From a virus (taxonomy: Duplodnaviria > Heunggongvirae > Uroviricota > Caudoviricetes), in IMG/VR virus record IMGVR_UViG_3300034170_000024, positions 2,117 to 66,116 of that record: a stretch of 64,000 nt of DNA; one strand, written 5' to 3'. The position numbers and the translations under genes were made by a program. Of the stretch, positions 53,008 through 61,797 are shown piece after piece. Under the pieces are notes generated by a model that worked only from the letters and a program-made list of their open reading frames with translations, was not told the DNA's origin and did not search any database. Positions within the stretch are counted from its first letter, which is position 1. Every line of letters starts with the position of its first letter.

Positions 53008-53258
53008 TTGTGCAAGGTAGTAAGACGCAAGTTGTTGATGTTGACATCGATCCAGTATCGTTCCTGAACGACTTGGAAGAGAACTGGAAAGCAATCATCC
53101 GTGTACCTAACTCAGATATCAAAGCTGGTTACTGGGTTAGTTATGTGCCGACTCAGATGGGTGTTATTGAGGTTCGTGGTCGTCTCGCAACACAACATGA
53201 AATCAATGTATATAAGGCATTTGAAACAGTAGCTGATGTAGCAAGAGATTTCGAATAA
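53004..53258 (+). CDS. hypothetical protein
   Basis: 84 aa. Confidence 0.4.
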   Translation: MIVQGSKTQVVDVDIDPVSFLNDLEENWKAIIRVPNSDIKAGYWVSYVPTQMGVIEVRGRLATQHEINVYKAFETVADVARDFE

Positions 53259-53272
53259 ATAGTATTTAGGTA

Positions 53273-53311
53273 TTGCAATATTGGGTTGATGCTTGTATAA
53301 TGGTCAACCCA
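53273..53311 (+). promoter_or_regulatory. sigma70 promoter TTGCAA-17-TATAAT with 8-bp inverted repeat TGGGTTGA/TCAACCCA bracketing the -10
   Basis: TTGCAA 53273-78, TATAAT 53296-301; IR arms 53282-89 and 53304-11. Confidence 0.6.
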
Positions 53312-53332
53312 GTCATATAAAAGGAGAGATTT

Positions 53333-54322
53333 GTGGTAGATCAAACTAAAGCAACAGTAATCGCACATAGTAAGTCGTCAGTAACAGGTAAGGAAATCAT
53401 CACCTTTGAACTAGAGTTTCCTCGCATCATCCTCGCAGAATTCAACACCCACAACGCTCTTTCCAAGAATGCAAGTAGCTCCCGTGCTATCCCTGTTCCA
53501 ACCATGTTGAAGCAAGTACGTGAGAATCCAGCAATGCCTGTTCGCTTCGGTGCAGCCAACACTGGTATGCAAGATAAAGGCGAACACTACGGTGTTGTTA
53601 AAATTGGCAAACATGAATACGATCCTGAAACAGCTTGGGGTATTGGTGCTATTCAAGCAGCGTTGTTGGCTGAGAAGTTTCATGATGCAGGTTATGCTAA
53701 ACAAATTTGCAACCGGTTGATTGAACCGTTCCAGATGATGAAAGTTGTTATGACTGCAACTGAGTTGAATAACTTCATTTGGCTGCGTGATCATTTCATG
53801 GCTGATCCAACCATTGCGGCATTGGCTCGTAAGATTAAAGCGGCATTTGAAGCAAGTGTTCCAGTTGTATTGCAACCGGGCGATTGGCATGTCCCTTATT
53901 ACAATGATGGTCAATGGATCGCTAGTCGTACACTTGAAGTACATCCTGTTGTAACTGTTGATAAGTTTGGTCATAGTCTTGAACATGCTCTGATTATTTC
54001 GTCTTCGTGTTCTGCTCAAGTTAGTTATCGTAAGCTGGATGATACGATTGAGAAAGCTCGTGGTGTTGTAGCTCGTTTGAACTTGCAAGGTGAAGAACCT
54101 GATCAACCTGTTCATGCAAGTCCTCTAGAACACCAAGCTACACCAATTGAGAAATCTGGTACTCGATACGCTGAAGGTGATGATTATAGTAATAGTCGTG
54201 ATCCTGAAACATGGCAAGAAGGTATTACACATATGGATCGTGATGGTATGTTGTGTTCTGGTAACCTGAAAAGTTGGATTCAACACCGTCAACTTGTACC
54301 AAATCACGTAAAGAAGGGTTAA
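53333..54322 (+). CDS. Thy1/ThyX-family (flavin-dependent thymidylate synthase-like) protein with atypical motif
   Basis: GTG start; EFNTHNALSKNASSSRAIP aligns to ThyX RHRxxSxNExSxRY block but with R to T/N and Y to A substitutions. Confidence 0.5.
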   Translation: MVDQTKATVIAHSKSSVTGKEIITFELEFPRIILAEFNTHNALSKNASSSRAIPVPTMLKQVRENPAMPVRFGAANTGMQDKGEHYGVVKIGKHEYDPETAWGIGAIQAALLAEKFHDAGYAKQICNRLIEPFQMMKVVMTATELNNFIWLRDHFMADPTIAALARKIKAAFEASVPVVLQPGDWHVPYYNDGQWIASRTLEVHPVVTVDKFGHSLEHALIISSSCSAQVSYRKLDDTIEKARGVVARLNLQGEEPDQPVHASPLEHQATPIEKSGTRYAEGDDYSNSRDPETWQEGITHMDRDGMLCSGNLKSWIQHRQLVPNHVKKG

Positions 54323-54324
54323 TC

Positions 54325-54765
54325 ATGTCTGAATTGAGAAAAGAAAAGTTTGACCAACCAATGGAGTTCGATCAATATCTTGGTCAGCTTGATATGGAAC
54401 AACATCCACTTTGGAAAAAGGCGTGGATTGGTCAAGACAAAGAAGCATTTGATAAGATTCTACATGATCTAGGTGCTGATCTAGATTACGGTTATGACTT
54501 CCGGGTATGTCTGTATCGTAGTCGGATGACTAACAAGGTTGAGTATGGTGTTCGTGTTGGATTCAAAGAACGTACAGATAAGTGGTGGACATCCAATATG
54601 ATGGACGCATCTGACATTGTTCGTAATACACATGATAGTATTCGGGCAACAGGTATGCGTCAATGTCTGAATGAAGATAGTCCGCTGAATGAAGTAATGA
54701 TGGAACAGGCAGCCAAGTATGCAGTGGTTGTAGACATTAAGTGTAATATGAGTGAGGTTGTGTGA
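54325..54765 (+). CDS. hypothetical protein
   Basis: 146 aa. Confidence 0.4.
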   Translation: MSELRKEKFDQPMEFDQYLGQLDMEQHPLWKKAWIGQDKEAFDKILHDLGADLDYGYDFRVCLYRSRMTNKVEYGVRVGFKERTDKWWTSNMMDASDIVRNTHDSIRATGMRQCLNEDSPLNEVMMEQAAKYAVVVDIKCNMSEVV

Positions 54766-55019
54766 TGAAAGTTAAAGTATTTGGTGCAGAAAACTGTGCG
54801 GGTTGTAAGACAGTTAAAGATATCTTGCGGGTTAGTGGTGTAGAGTTTCATTACTATGATGTAAATCACCATCTTGATATGGAAGTAGCATCTGAATACG
54901 GCGTCCGTAGTATTCCTACTGTGGTAATTGAACGTGGTGGTGTTCAACGGTTCTTCGTCGGTGCATCTAAGGTTCAGATTGATGCAATGTTGCTGAAAAT
55001 TCAAGGGGGTAAGGTTTGA
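54765..55019 (+). CDS. nrdH: NrdH/glutaredoxin-like redoxin
   Basis: 84 aa thioredoxin-fold size; CAGC active-site pair near N-terminus; directly upstream of nrdB/nrdA. Confidence 0.55.
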   Translation: MKVKVFGAENCAGCKTVKDILRVSGVEFHYYDVNHHLDMEVASEYGVRSIPTVVIERGGVQRFFVGASKVQIDAMLLKIQGGKV

Positions 55020-56023
55020 AATATCTTTCCCAAATTGAAACTCCAACTGATTCGTATGTAGCTCATTACCCATGGGCAACTGAAATGGCGATTCAGCAAC
55101 AATCTTTGTTCTGGCCTGCTGAAGAGTTGGGTGTAGAAGATGATGAACAAGACTTCCGTACAAACCTTACAGAAGGTGAACTGCACGGTATTCTGACTGC
55201 TCAATCTATCCTAACTCAATATGAGTTGATGATTGGTGGTGATGAATTGTGGGGTGGTAAGATTGCTAAGTTGTTTCCTCGACCTGAGATTCAACGGATG
55301 GCAGCTTGTTTTGCTAACGTAGAACTGGGTTCACATGCACCTTTCTACGATCTTGGTAACAAGGTTTTGGGTAAGGCTACTGATGAATTTTACACTCAGT
55401 GGAAGCTTGATCCAATCCTTGCTGATCGTATGGCTTTCATCAGTGAATGTGCATCTAGTAATGATGCATTGGAAGTAACTGCTGCATTGGCATTTTTGGA
55501 AGGTGCAATTCTGTTTTCTATCTTTGGTTACTTCAAAGGGTTTAACAGTCGTGGTTACAATCTGATTCCACACTTTGTTAGTGGTATTGATGGTAGCACT
55601 AAGGATGAGAACTTCCATTCTATCGCTTCTGCTAACTTGTTTAAGCAATGTAAAGCTGAACGTAAGGAAATGGGTAATCACAGTACACGTCGTGATAACA
55701 TCCTGAATACAAAGATTGATAAGATTACAATGGATGTTTACAACCATGAATTGTTGATTATTCGTAAGATGTTTGAGGTTGGTAACAACCGTGTTGTTAA
55801 AGAACAAGAGTGTGTTGAGTTCCTTGAGGATCGGTTGGACGTTGTACGTAATCGTCTTGGTCGCCCACCAATGTTCTCACGCCCAAAGCAAGGTGTCATT
55901 AGTGGTTGGTTCTATCAGCAGTTGTCTACAGTTAAGATTCCAGACTTCTTTGCAGCAACACAACTCCAGTACACACGTAATTGGTCGAAACCTAAGCTTG
56001 GATTTAAAAGGGAGTTGGTTTAA
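55016..56023 (+). CDS. nrdB: ribonucleotide reductase small subunit
   Basis: two E..H iron-ligand pairs (VELGSHAPFYD, DENFHSIA) plus AFLEGAILFSIFGYF; TTG start overlapping nrdH stop. Confidence 0.75.
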   Translation: MKYLSQIETPTDSYVAHYPWATEMAIQQQSLFWPAEELGVEDDEQDFRTNLTEGELHGILTAQSILTQYELMIGGDELWGGKIAKLFPRPEIQRMAACFANVELGSHAPFYDLGNKVLGKATDEFYTQWKLDPILADRMAFISECASSNDALEVTAALAFLEGAILFSIFGYFKGFNSRGYNLIPHFVSGIDGSTKDENFHSIASANLFKQCKAERKEMGNHSTRRDNILNTKIDKITMDVYNHELLIIRKMFEVGNNRVVKEQECVEFLEDRLDVVRNRLGRPPMFSRPKQGVISGWFYQQLSTVKIPDFFAATQLQYTRNWSKPKLGFKRELV

Positions 56024-57756
56024 TGTTGATTGAAGATAATGTTGGTGAGATGCAAGAAGAAGAGTTGCAGAAGTTTGAGCAATTCAGTAAGGAACGTAAA
56101 GAGTTGCAAGCTAAAGGTTATCTACCTGATTGGTATACAACTCAAGGTTGGCAGATGTTCAAAGAGAAGTATGCTTACAAGGGTGAACAGGCTGTTCTAG
56201 GTCGTCACCGTAAGATTGCAAACACTCTTGCTAAGCATATGAAAGGTCGTGAAGCTGAATGGGAAGAGAAGTTCTTCCGTGAGCTTTGGGATGGTGTTCT
56301 GTCACCTTCATCGCCAGCACTGGCTAACACTGGCACAGACCGTGGTATGATGGTTGCCTGTTCCGGTCAAGTGGTTGGTGACAGCGTAGAAGAGTTCTAC
56401 GACGGCATGAAAGAAACAGCATTACTATCTAAGCAAGGGTTTGGTACAAGTGCAAACTTTAGCCACATCCGTCCTCGTGGTAGTGCTATCTCTACTGGTG
56501 GTAAGGCTAATGGTGCAGTAACGGTAATTGATGACTACTTCACTGCTGTATCTAAGGTGAGTCAAGGTGGTGCACGTCGTGGTTCGATTGGTGCATATCT
56601 GGACATTGAGCACGGTGATTGGGATGAGGCGTGTGATTCTCTGGCCCATGACCACAACGGTAAGAACTATGGTTGGATCATTAAAGATACCTTCATTGAG
56701 CGTCTGAAGAACAATGACCCTGAAGCTAACCGTCGCTGGATCAAAGCGGTTTACACAAAGCTGATTACTGGTAAAGGTTACATCTTTAAGGTTGACTGTG
56801 CTAACCGTCACCGTCCTCAGATGTATGTAGACTGGAAGCTGTTCATTGAGGCGTCCAACCTGTGTACAGAGATTATGCTTCACAGTTCTGAGATGTTGAC
56901 TTACTCATGTATTCTTGCTTCAGAGAACTTGATTCACTGGGATACCATGCCTGAGCGTGAATCTGTATTCATCGGTACAGTTTTCCTCGACTGTCTGTGT
57001 TCTGAGTTCATTGAGAAGTCTGCTGGTATTGTTGGTCTGGAAAAGGTACGTGAGTTCACCATTCGTGGTCGTGCTATTGGGTTGGGCATTATGGGTTTCC
57101 ATACATACTTGCAATCGAAGAACATTCCATATGTGGGTTTGGAAGCTCAGTTCCTGAGTACCCGAATTGCTAAACATTTGCATGACGAATCACTTCGTGC
57201 TAGTCAGTGGTTAGCTGAAGAATACGGTAGTCCATTGTGGTGTGAAGGTTATGGTGTTCGTAATACACACCGAACTGCATATGCTCCTACAAAGACATCC
57301 AGTTTGCTGATGGGTGGTGTGAGTGAATCGTGGTTCCCTGATCCGGGTATGATTTTTGATGCTGGTTCAAGTGTTGGTGAGCTTCGTCGTATTCCACCAA
57401 TGTTCTATCAGCTTATGAAAGACAAAGGTGTGTACACAGAAGAAACTGTGATGGACATCATCAACAACCTTGGTTCTGTTCAACATGTTGATTGGTTGAA
57501 TGATGAAGAGAAATTGGTTTACCTGAATGCTTACGAGATGGATCAACTGATTCTACTCCGACATGCTAGTGCTCGACAACCGTGGACATGTCAAGGTCAA
57601 AGCCTGAACTTCTACGTACCCGAGGATGGTAGTGAGGATTTGATTGCAACGCTGTTGACCAAGCTTTTGCTTGATGACAACGTTATCAGTCAGTACTATA
57701 TCTATTCACGTTCTGGTGTTGTTGTCAAGGATGAATGCGTTGCCTGTGCAGCGTAA
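56023..57756 (+). CDS. nrdA: ribonucleotide reductase large subunit (compact)
   Basis: active-site NxCxE (ASNLCTEIM), C-terminal Cys pair ECVACAA; TAATG coupling to nrdB. Confidence 0.75.
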   Translation: MLIEDNVGEMQEEELQKFEQFSKERKELQAKGYLPDWYTTQGWQMFKEKYAYKGEQAVLGRHRKIANTLAKHMKGREAEWEEKFFRELWDGVLSPSSPALANTGTDRGMMVACSGQVVGDSVEEFYDGMKETALLSKQGFGTSANFSHIRPRGSAISTGGKANGAVTVIDDYFTAVSKVSQGGARRGSIGAYLDIEHGDWDEACDSLAHDHNGKNYGWIIKDTFIERLKNNDPEANRRWIKAVYTKLITGKGYIFKVDCANRHRPQMYVDWKLFIEASNLCTEIMLHSSEMLTYSCILASENLIHWDTMPERESVFIGTVFLDCLCSEFIEKSAGIVGLEKVREFTIRGRAIGLGIMGFHTYLQSKNIPYVGLEAQFLSTRIAKHLHDESLRASQWLAEEYGSPLWCEGYGVRNTHRTAYAPTKTSSLLMGGVSESWFPDPGMIFDAGSSVGELRRIPPMFYQLMKDKGVYTEETVMDIINNLGSVQHVDWLNDEEKLVYLNAYEMDQLILLRHASARQPWTCQGQSLNFYVPEDGSEDLIATLLTKLLLDDNVISQYYIYSRSGVVVKDECVACAA

Positions 57757-57761
57757 TTGAA

Positions 57762-57787
57762 TGGCCCCGCTTCGGCGGGGCTTTTTC
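57762..57787 (+). terminator. rho-independent terminator GGCCCCGC-ttcg-GCGGGGC + TTTTTCG
   Basis: near-identical to terminator at 60972. Confidence 0.75.
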
Positions 57788-57795
57788 GTATCTGA

Positions 57796-57805
57796 CGAAT
57801 GGTAG
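57796..57805 (+). repeat. GAATGGTAGT motif copy 1
   Basis: exact 10-mer also at 58459-58468, each about 10-20 nt after a terminator. Confidence 0.5.
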
Positions 57806-57911
57806 TGGACAACGTTGAATGTCAAGTCTATTCTTTCAATCACACGGACGGGGGAAGGCAAGAAGCCAAGCGCAAGCGTAATTTCTTACATCCATATACG
57901 TGGTGAAAAAC

Positions 57912-58115
57912 ATGAGTAAACACAAGGTGGTGAGTCGAGTCAGTGCTGTTGTGGGGAGTGACATCCGCCACGTCTATACAGCAGACGGGGAAATACTGCT
58001 AGGAATGATCCTGAAGCTCGGTAGAGGGAAGTACAGAGTACTACGCATGGATGGTAAAGAACGCACCAAAGAAACGCTCACAGAGGCGTTTAAAACCATT
58101 CGAAGAGCAAACTAG
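57912..58115 (+). CDS. small basic protein (GC-rich moron gene 1)
   Basis: 68 aa, K/R-rich; GC-rich codon usage unlike neighbours. Confidence 0.45.
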   Translation: MSKHKVVSRVSAVVGSDIRHVYTADGEILLGMILKLGRGKYRVLRMDGKERTKETLTEAFKTIRRAN

Positions 58116-58124
58116 GAGTAGTAC

Positions 58125-58403
58125 ATGAACGAAGCGTATGAAGTCGAGCTGAATGATATTACGGCAAGCTTCATTGCTGAACCTTTCACAGTCGTCTTGG
58201 GAGTGGAACGACAAACCACTCTCAAGGTTGAAAGCGATGACAAGGTTCAGGGGTTCACCGACGTTGAATGGCAAGTGATTTATGCTCGTGCGTTGGTTGA
58301 TGACAGATGGACCATCCTACCGCAGACGTTGTACGATGAGATTGATGATGAACATGGTGAGATGATCGGTGACTTACTTTGGAAGTTAACATGTAGTTTG
58401 TAA
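58125..58403 (+). CDS. small acidic protein (GC-rich moron gene 2)
   Basis: 92 aa, D/E-rich; SD AGGAG. Confidence 0.45.
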   Translation: MNEAYEVELNDITASFIAEPFTVVLGVERQTTLKVESDDKVQGFTDVEWQVIYARALVDDRWTILPQTLYDEIDDEHGEMIGDLLWKLTCSL

Positions 58404-58408
58404 TAAAG

Positions 58409-58436
58409 AGCCTCACTTCGGTGGGGCTTTTCTTTG
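58409..58436 (+). terminator. terminator AGCCTCAC-ttcg-GTGGGGCT + TTTCTTTG
   Basis: UUCG loop family. Confidence 0.7.
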
Positions 58437-58458
58437 TCTGGGTATTTACTTTTCGGAT

Positions 58459-58468
58459 GAATGGTAGT
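58459..58468 (+). repeat. GAATGGTAGT motif copy 2
   Basis: see copy 1. Confidence 0.5.
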
Positions 58469-58513
58469 ATACTTGAACTTCATATACATGTATACTAATA
58501 AAGGGATAAGCAA

Positions 58514-59098
58514 ATGGACGTGACAAAAGACAGCTTGATTACGGCTCTTCGCCGTGTGGGTGTTTTGGGTACTGTACAAGCTGGTTACTTCGACAACTTG
58601 TTTGATAGTACACCTAATACAGCAAATGGGTTTGGCTTCGTCAGCTATGCGAATACGATTCCATCACAAAGCCCTGAGCCGGGTGAGTGGACAACGTTGT
58701 TGAACAACGGTGCAGGTATTTATAGCACTTCGGAGTTCCTTCCACCGGGCATTGATCGTATGTTGGATATTGAAACAGGTAGAATACTTGTTGACCAACT
58801 AGATGTCGGTGATGAAATGTATATTCGACACACCTTGAATGTCATCCCTCTTATGAATAACTTGTCGTATCAGTTAAGTCATTTGAATGGGTCGGAAGCA
58901 CAAGCATACAGACTACCACTTGGTTCTAAAACTACTTTGGTTGGTGGTGCTGTTCCAACGGACATCTTTGTTGTAGAAACACGAATCTATATTCGAAATG
59001 ATGACGTTCGTTTAAATGGTATTCTTCCTCAAATCCTGTTGTCAGGTGAAGGTCGTGTTGAATATCTTGGTTCTTACATTTCAGTGAATCGGAGATAA
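58514..59098 (+). CDS. hypothetical protein (upstream partner of distal fibre-like gene)
   Basis: 194 aa; SD AAAGGGA. Confidence 0.45.
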   Translation: MDVTKDSLITALRRVGVLGTVQAGYFDNLFDSTPNTANGFGFVSYANTIPSQSPEPGEWTTLLNNGAGIYSTSEFLPPGIDRMLDIETGRILVDQLDVGDEMYIRHTLNVIPLMNNLSYQLSHLNGSEAQAYRLPLGSKTTLVGGAVPTDIFVVETRIYIRNDDVRLNGILPQILLSGEGRVEYLGSYISVNRR

Positions 59099-59100
59099 TT

Positions 59101-60966
59101 ATGACAATGTTTAAATGTATCCAAGTAGAACATGGTGTTGACATCAGCTACGGTGGTTCTTTCTTTTTCACCTTCAAAAGCAAAACACACAACCTGATTA
59201 ATCTTCCTGACGGTCGTGTTCGTATCTCACGTAAGATTGATAATGCTATTGAGTTTGTAAGTGAACCATATGAACGGTTTGTGTCTTTAGATGGTCAACC
59301 AGTTGGCACTACATACGCTGAGCTTAGTGCGTATATGAATCACGACGTGGCTGACCTGAAGGCTGGTGAGGGTGTTTCTGTAACAGGTGACACCGTGAGT
59401 ATCGTTGCTGGTGGTCCAAGCACACTGGGTGGCTTCAAGGTCGGTACAGGGCTTGTGGTTGACGGTCAAGGTCGTCTGTCTGCCAACGCTGTCAGTGAGG
59501 TTACTAAGGTTCTGAATACTCAGGCTGAGCGACTGGCATTGACTGCTGAACCATTGCGCCCATACCGAATCATCCAGTTGGACACAAAGCGTCTGTATTA
59601 CCTTAACGCTGGTGACTCACCTTCTGTAAGCTCCAACTGGTTTACTGGACCGTCGATTGAGACGACTGTATTGAGCTTCAAGGGTCGTACAGGCGCACTA
59701 GATTCAGAGTTTGGTGACTACAACTTTGACTTGATTCCAATGACAGATAAGACCACGAGCGCAACACACAAGTTGGTAATCGATGACGGTATGTTATTCA
59801 TTGAGGATATTGAGTCAACCATTCGTACTCAGATTGCTTACAGTACAGATGTAGATATGGGTGATGTTTACTCTAAACTCACATCACTTGACGATACTAT
59901 CAATAGTCAATCGGATGGTTTAGTTAAGAAAGTTTCTGACATCAATACTAAAGTAAATAGTATCGAGGATGTTGTTAGTAACGCAACAACTGGTTTGAAC
60001 AGACGTGTTGTATCGCTTGAGCAACTAGTTACTACTGTGAACCAAAAAGCAGATAGTGTTGCAGATAACAACGTTGTACTGGACACACGATTGATTAGTG
60101 TAGAGAGTGAACTACTTAACAAAGCACCACTTGTTAATGGTAAAATTCCATATGCTAATCTTCCTGATCTAGCTGCTGGACGTAAGGTGAACGTGGCTAA
60201 TCGTGCAGCACGTCTTCAGTTGTCCCGTCATCCTGACTTGACGATTGCATATGAAAGTGATACTGCTGAAGCATGGGCTTTGAATGCCAATGACAACCCC
60301 GCTATTGACTCTAACTGGTCTAAGCTTGGTGATGCACAGTCTCAAGGTGTAGCTTCTTTCAATGGTCGTACTGGGGCGATTGGTCCACAACAGGGTGATT
60401 ATAACACAGGTCAGATTAGTGAGATTCTTGGGAAAGAGTTTGTAACCGCCGCACAGAAAACAGAATGGTCAGCTAAAGAAACACCCACTGGTGCACAAAC
60501 TAAAGCTACTGCTGCACAAACTGCTGCTAAGACGTATGCTGATAGTACATTCATTCCTGTTACCCAAAAGAATGCTGTAAGTGGTCTAGCTCCTCTTGAT
60601 GCGAACAAGCGTGTACCAGTTGCAAACCTTCCAACATTCCTACCACAAAAGGCACGTAAGTGGGTAGATGTTAAAGCCTCACGATTCTACAACACATGGT
60701 GGGTGAACGGTTCAGGGAATGACATGGAAGTGTTTCTGAGAACTAACGCACTTTCAGACAACGCCAAGTACATTATCGTGAACATGCGTGAAAATTCTAC
60801 GTCTCCGACTTTTGGTTTTCAATGCACATATGATAATGCCACAGGTAACCGCTACTTAAGCCATCAAGTGACAGTTCCTGCTGGATGGCAATATGCAGTG
60901 TTAATTTCTGGTGGTGCTGTAGCCTCAGATATTAGTGCCATTGGTGTTTGGCGTGAGCTTTCCTAA
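59101..60966 (+). CDS. large hypothetical protein with internal repeat (fibre/receptor-binding-like?)
   Basis: 621 aa; repeat SSNWFTGPS...SFKGRTGALDSEFGDYNF vs DSNWSKLGD...SFNGRTGAIGPQQGDYNT; Ala/Thr-rich linker; beta-rich C-terminus. Confidence 0.45.
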   Translation: MTMFKCIQVEHGVDISYGGSFFFTFKSKTHNLINLPDGRVRISRKIDNAIEFVSEPYERFVSLDGQPVGTTYAELSAYMNHDVADLKAGEGVSVTGDTVSIVAGGPSTLGGFKVGTGLVVDGQGRLSANAVSEVTKVLNTQAERLALTAEPLRPYRIIQLDTKRLYYLNAGDSPSVSSNWFTGPSIETTVLSFKGRTGALDSEFGDYNFDLIPMTDKTTSATHKLVIDDGMLFIEDIESTIRTQIAYSTDVDMGDVYSKLTSLDDTINSQSDGLVKKVSDINTKVNSIEDVVSNATTGLNRRVVSLEQLVTTVNQKADSVADNNVVLDTRLISVESELLNKAPLVNGKIPYANLPDLAAGRKVNVANRAARLQLSRHPDLTIAYESDTAEAWALNANDNPAIDSNWSKLGDAQSQGVASFNGRTGAIGPQQGDYNTGQISEILGKEFVTAAQKTEWSAKETPTGAQTKATAAQTAAKTYADSTFIPVTQKNAVSGLAPLDANKRVPVANLPTFLPQKARKWVDVKASRFYNTWWVNGSGNDMEVFLRTNALSDNAKYIIVNMRENSTSPTFGFQCTYDNATGNRYLSHQVTVPAGWQYAVLISGGAVASDISAIGVWRELS

Positions 60967-60971
60967 CCTAT

Positions 60972-60999
60972 GACCCCGCTTCGGCGGGGTTTTCTTTTG
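60972..60999 (+). terminator. terminator GACCCCGC-ttcg-GCGGGGT + TTTCTTTTG
   Basis: near-identical to 57762 terminator. Confidence 0.75.
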
Positions 61000-61014
61000 C
61001 ATGAAGAAAAGTGC

Positions 61015-61042
61015 TTGACAGGGTGAACCAAGCTGGTAGACT
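61015..61042 (+). promoter_or_regulatory. sigma70 promoter TTGACA-16-TAGACT
   Basis: perfect -35. Confidence 0.5.
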
Positions 61043-61068
61043 GACCACAAATCAACAGGAGCTACATC

Positions 61069-61263
61069 ATGAAGAGTCGCTATCAGATGACCAATCGTGG
61101 TCGCAAAGGGAAGCCTTGCTGGTACGTAGAAGACATGAAAGACGTTGACGGTAGCGTAGGTAAGTATCTATACTCAAGTCGCCTCAAATACGAAGCTGAA
61201 GGCTTTCTGAGTAACCTTCGTGACTTTGAGAAACGTGGTATCCAACCGGGAGAAGAGAAATGA
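61069..61263 (+). CDS. hypothetical protein
   Basis: 64 aa, SD AGGAG. Confidence 0.4.
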   Translation: MKSRYQMTNRGRKGKPCWYVEDMKDVDGSVGKYLYSSRLKYEAEGFLSNLRDFEKRGIQPGEEK

Positions 61264-61322
61264 TTCGTAAAAACCTCTAAGGTTTGCTTGGAAGGGTTTG
61301 ATTTCTCGGCTACAGCGCCAGA

Positions 61323-61365
61323 TGTACAATCCATCCTTTACACAGCGTTGGTTCATGTGTACAAT
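61323..61365 (+). promoter_or_regulatory. tandem TGTACAAT boxes; second forms TTTACA-17-TACAAT promoter
   Basis: TGTACAAT at 61323-30 and 61358-65; -35 TTTACA 61337-42. Confidence 0.4.
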
Positions 61366-61429
61366 CTGGGTCTTGAACGGGGCTCACGTGAAGTCCAACG
61401 GCAAATGCGAGAAGTATTGGGGATTGAAC

Positions 61430-61624
61430 ATGATTAATGTAGAGCAATTAATGAACGATCTGATTGCACTGAAAGAGGAAATGGGTAAACGTGCTGAAGA
61501 GTCACACCAATACACGAAACTACACCCTATCGAATCTGGTTGGTGGAACTTTTATGTTGGTCAACTTGACGGTCACAATACTGCTTGTTACAGACTACAA
61601 CAATTAATTGAGAAGTATATATGA
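61430..61624 (+). CDS. hypothetical protein
   Basis: ATG at 61430 with GGGGA SD; longer ORF-track form lacks SD and overlaps promoter region. Confidence 0.4.
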   Translation: MINVEQLMNDLIALKEEMGKRAEESHQYTKLHPIESGWWNFYVGQLDGHNTACYRLQQLIEKYI

Positions 61625-61797
61625 TTGTACGAACGAAGACAGTGAATGACGGTTATGTCAAAGGTGTCATTGTAACTGCTGACACTCTACGTGACCTACA
61701 TCGCTGGTTGGAAGATGTTCAAGGTAGTGCCGACCACAAAGAGGGTGCACGACACGTTGTTAATTTCCTTGATAACATGTATGATAGGATTCGATGA
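61621..61797 (+). CDS. hypothetical protein
   Basis: ATGA coupling; 58 aa. Confidence 0.35.
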   Translation: MIVRTKTVNDGYVKGVIVTADTLRDLHRWLEDVQGSADHKEGARHVVNFLDNMYDRIR

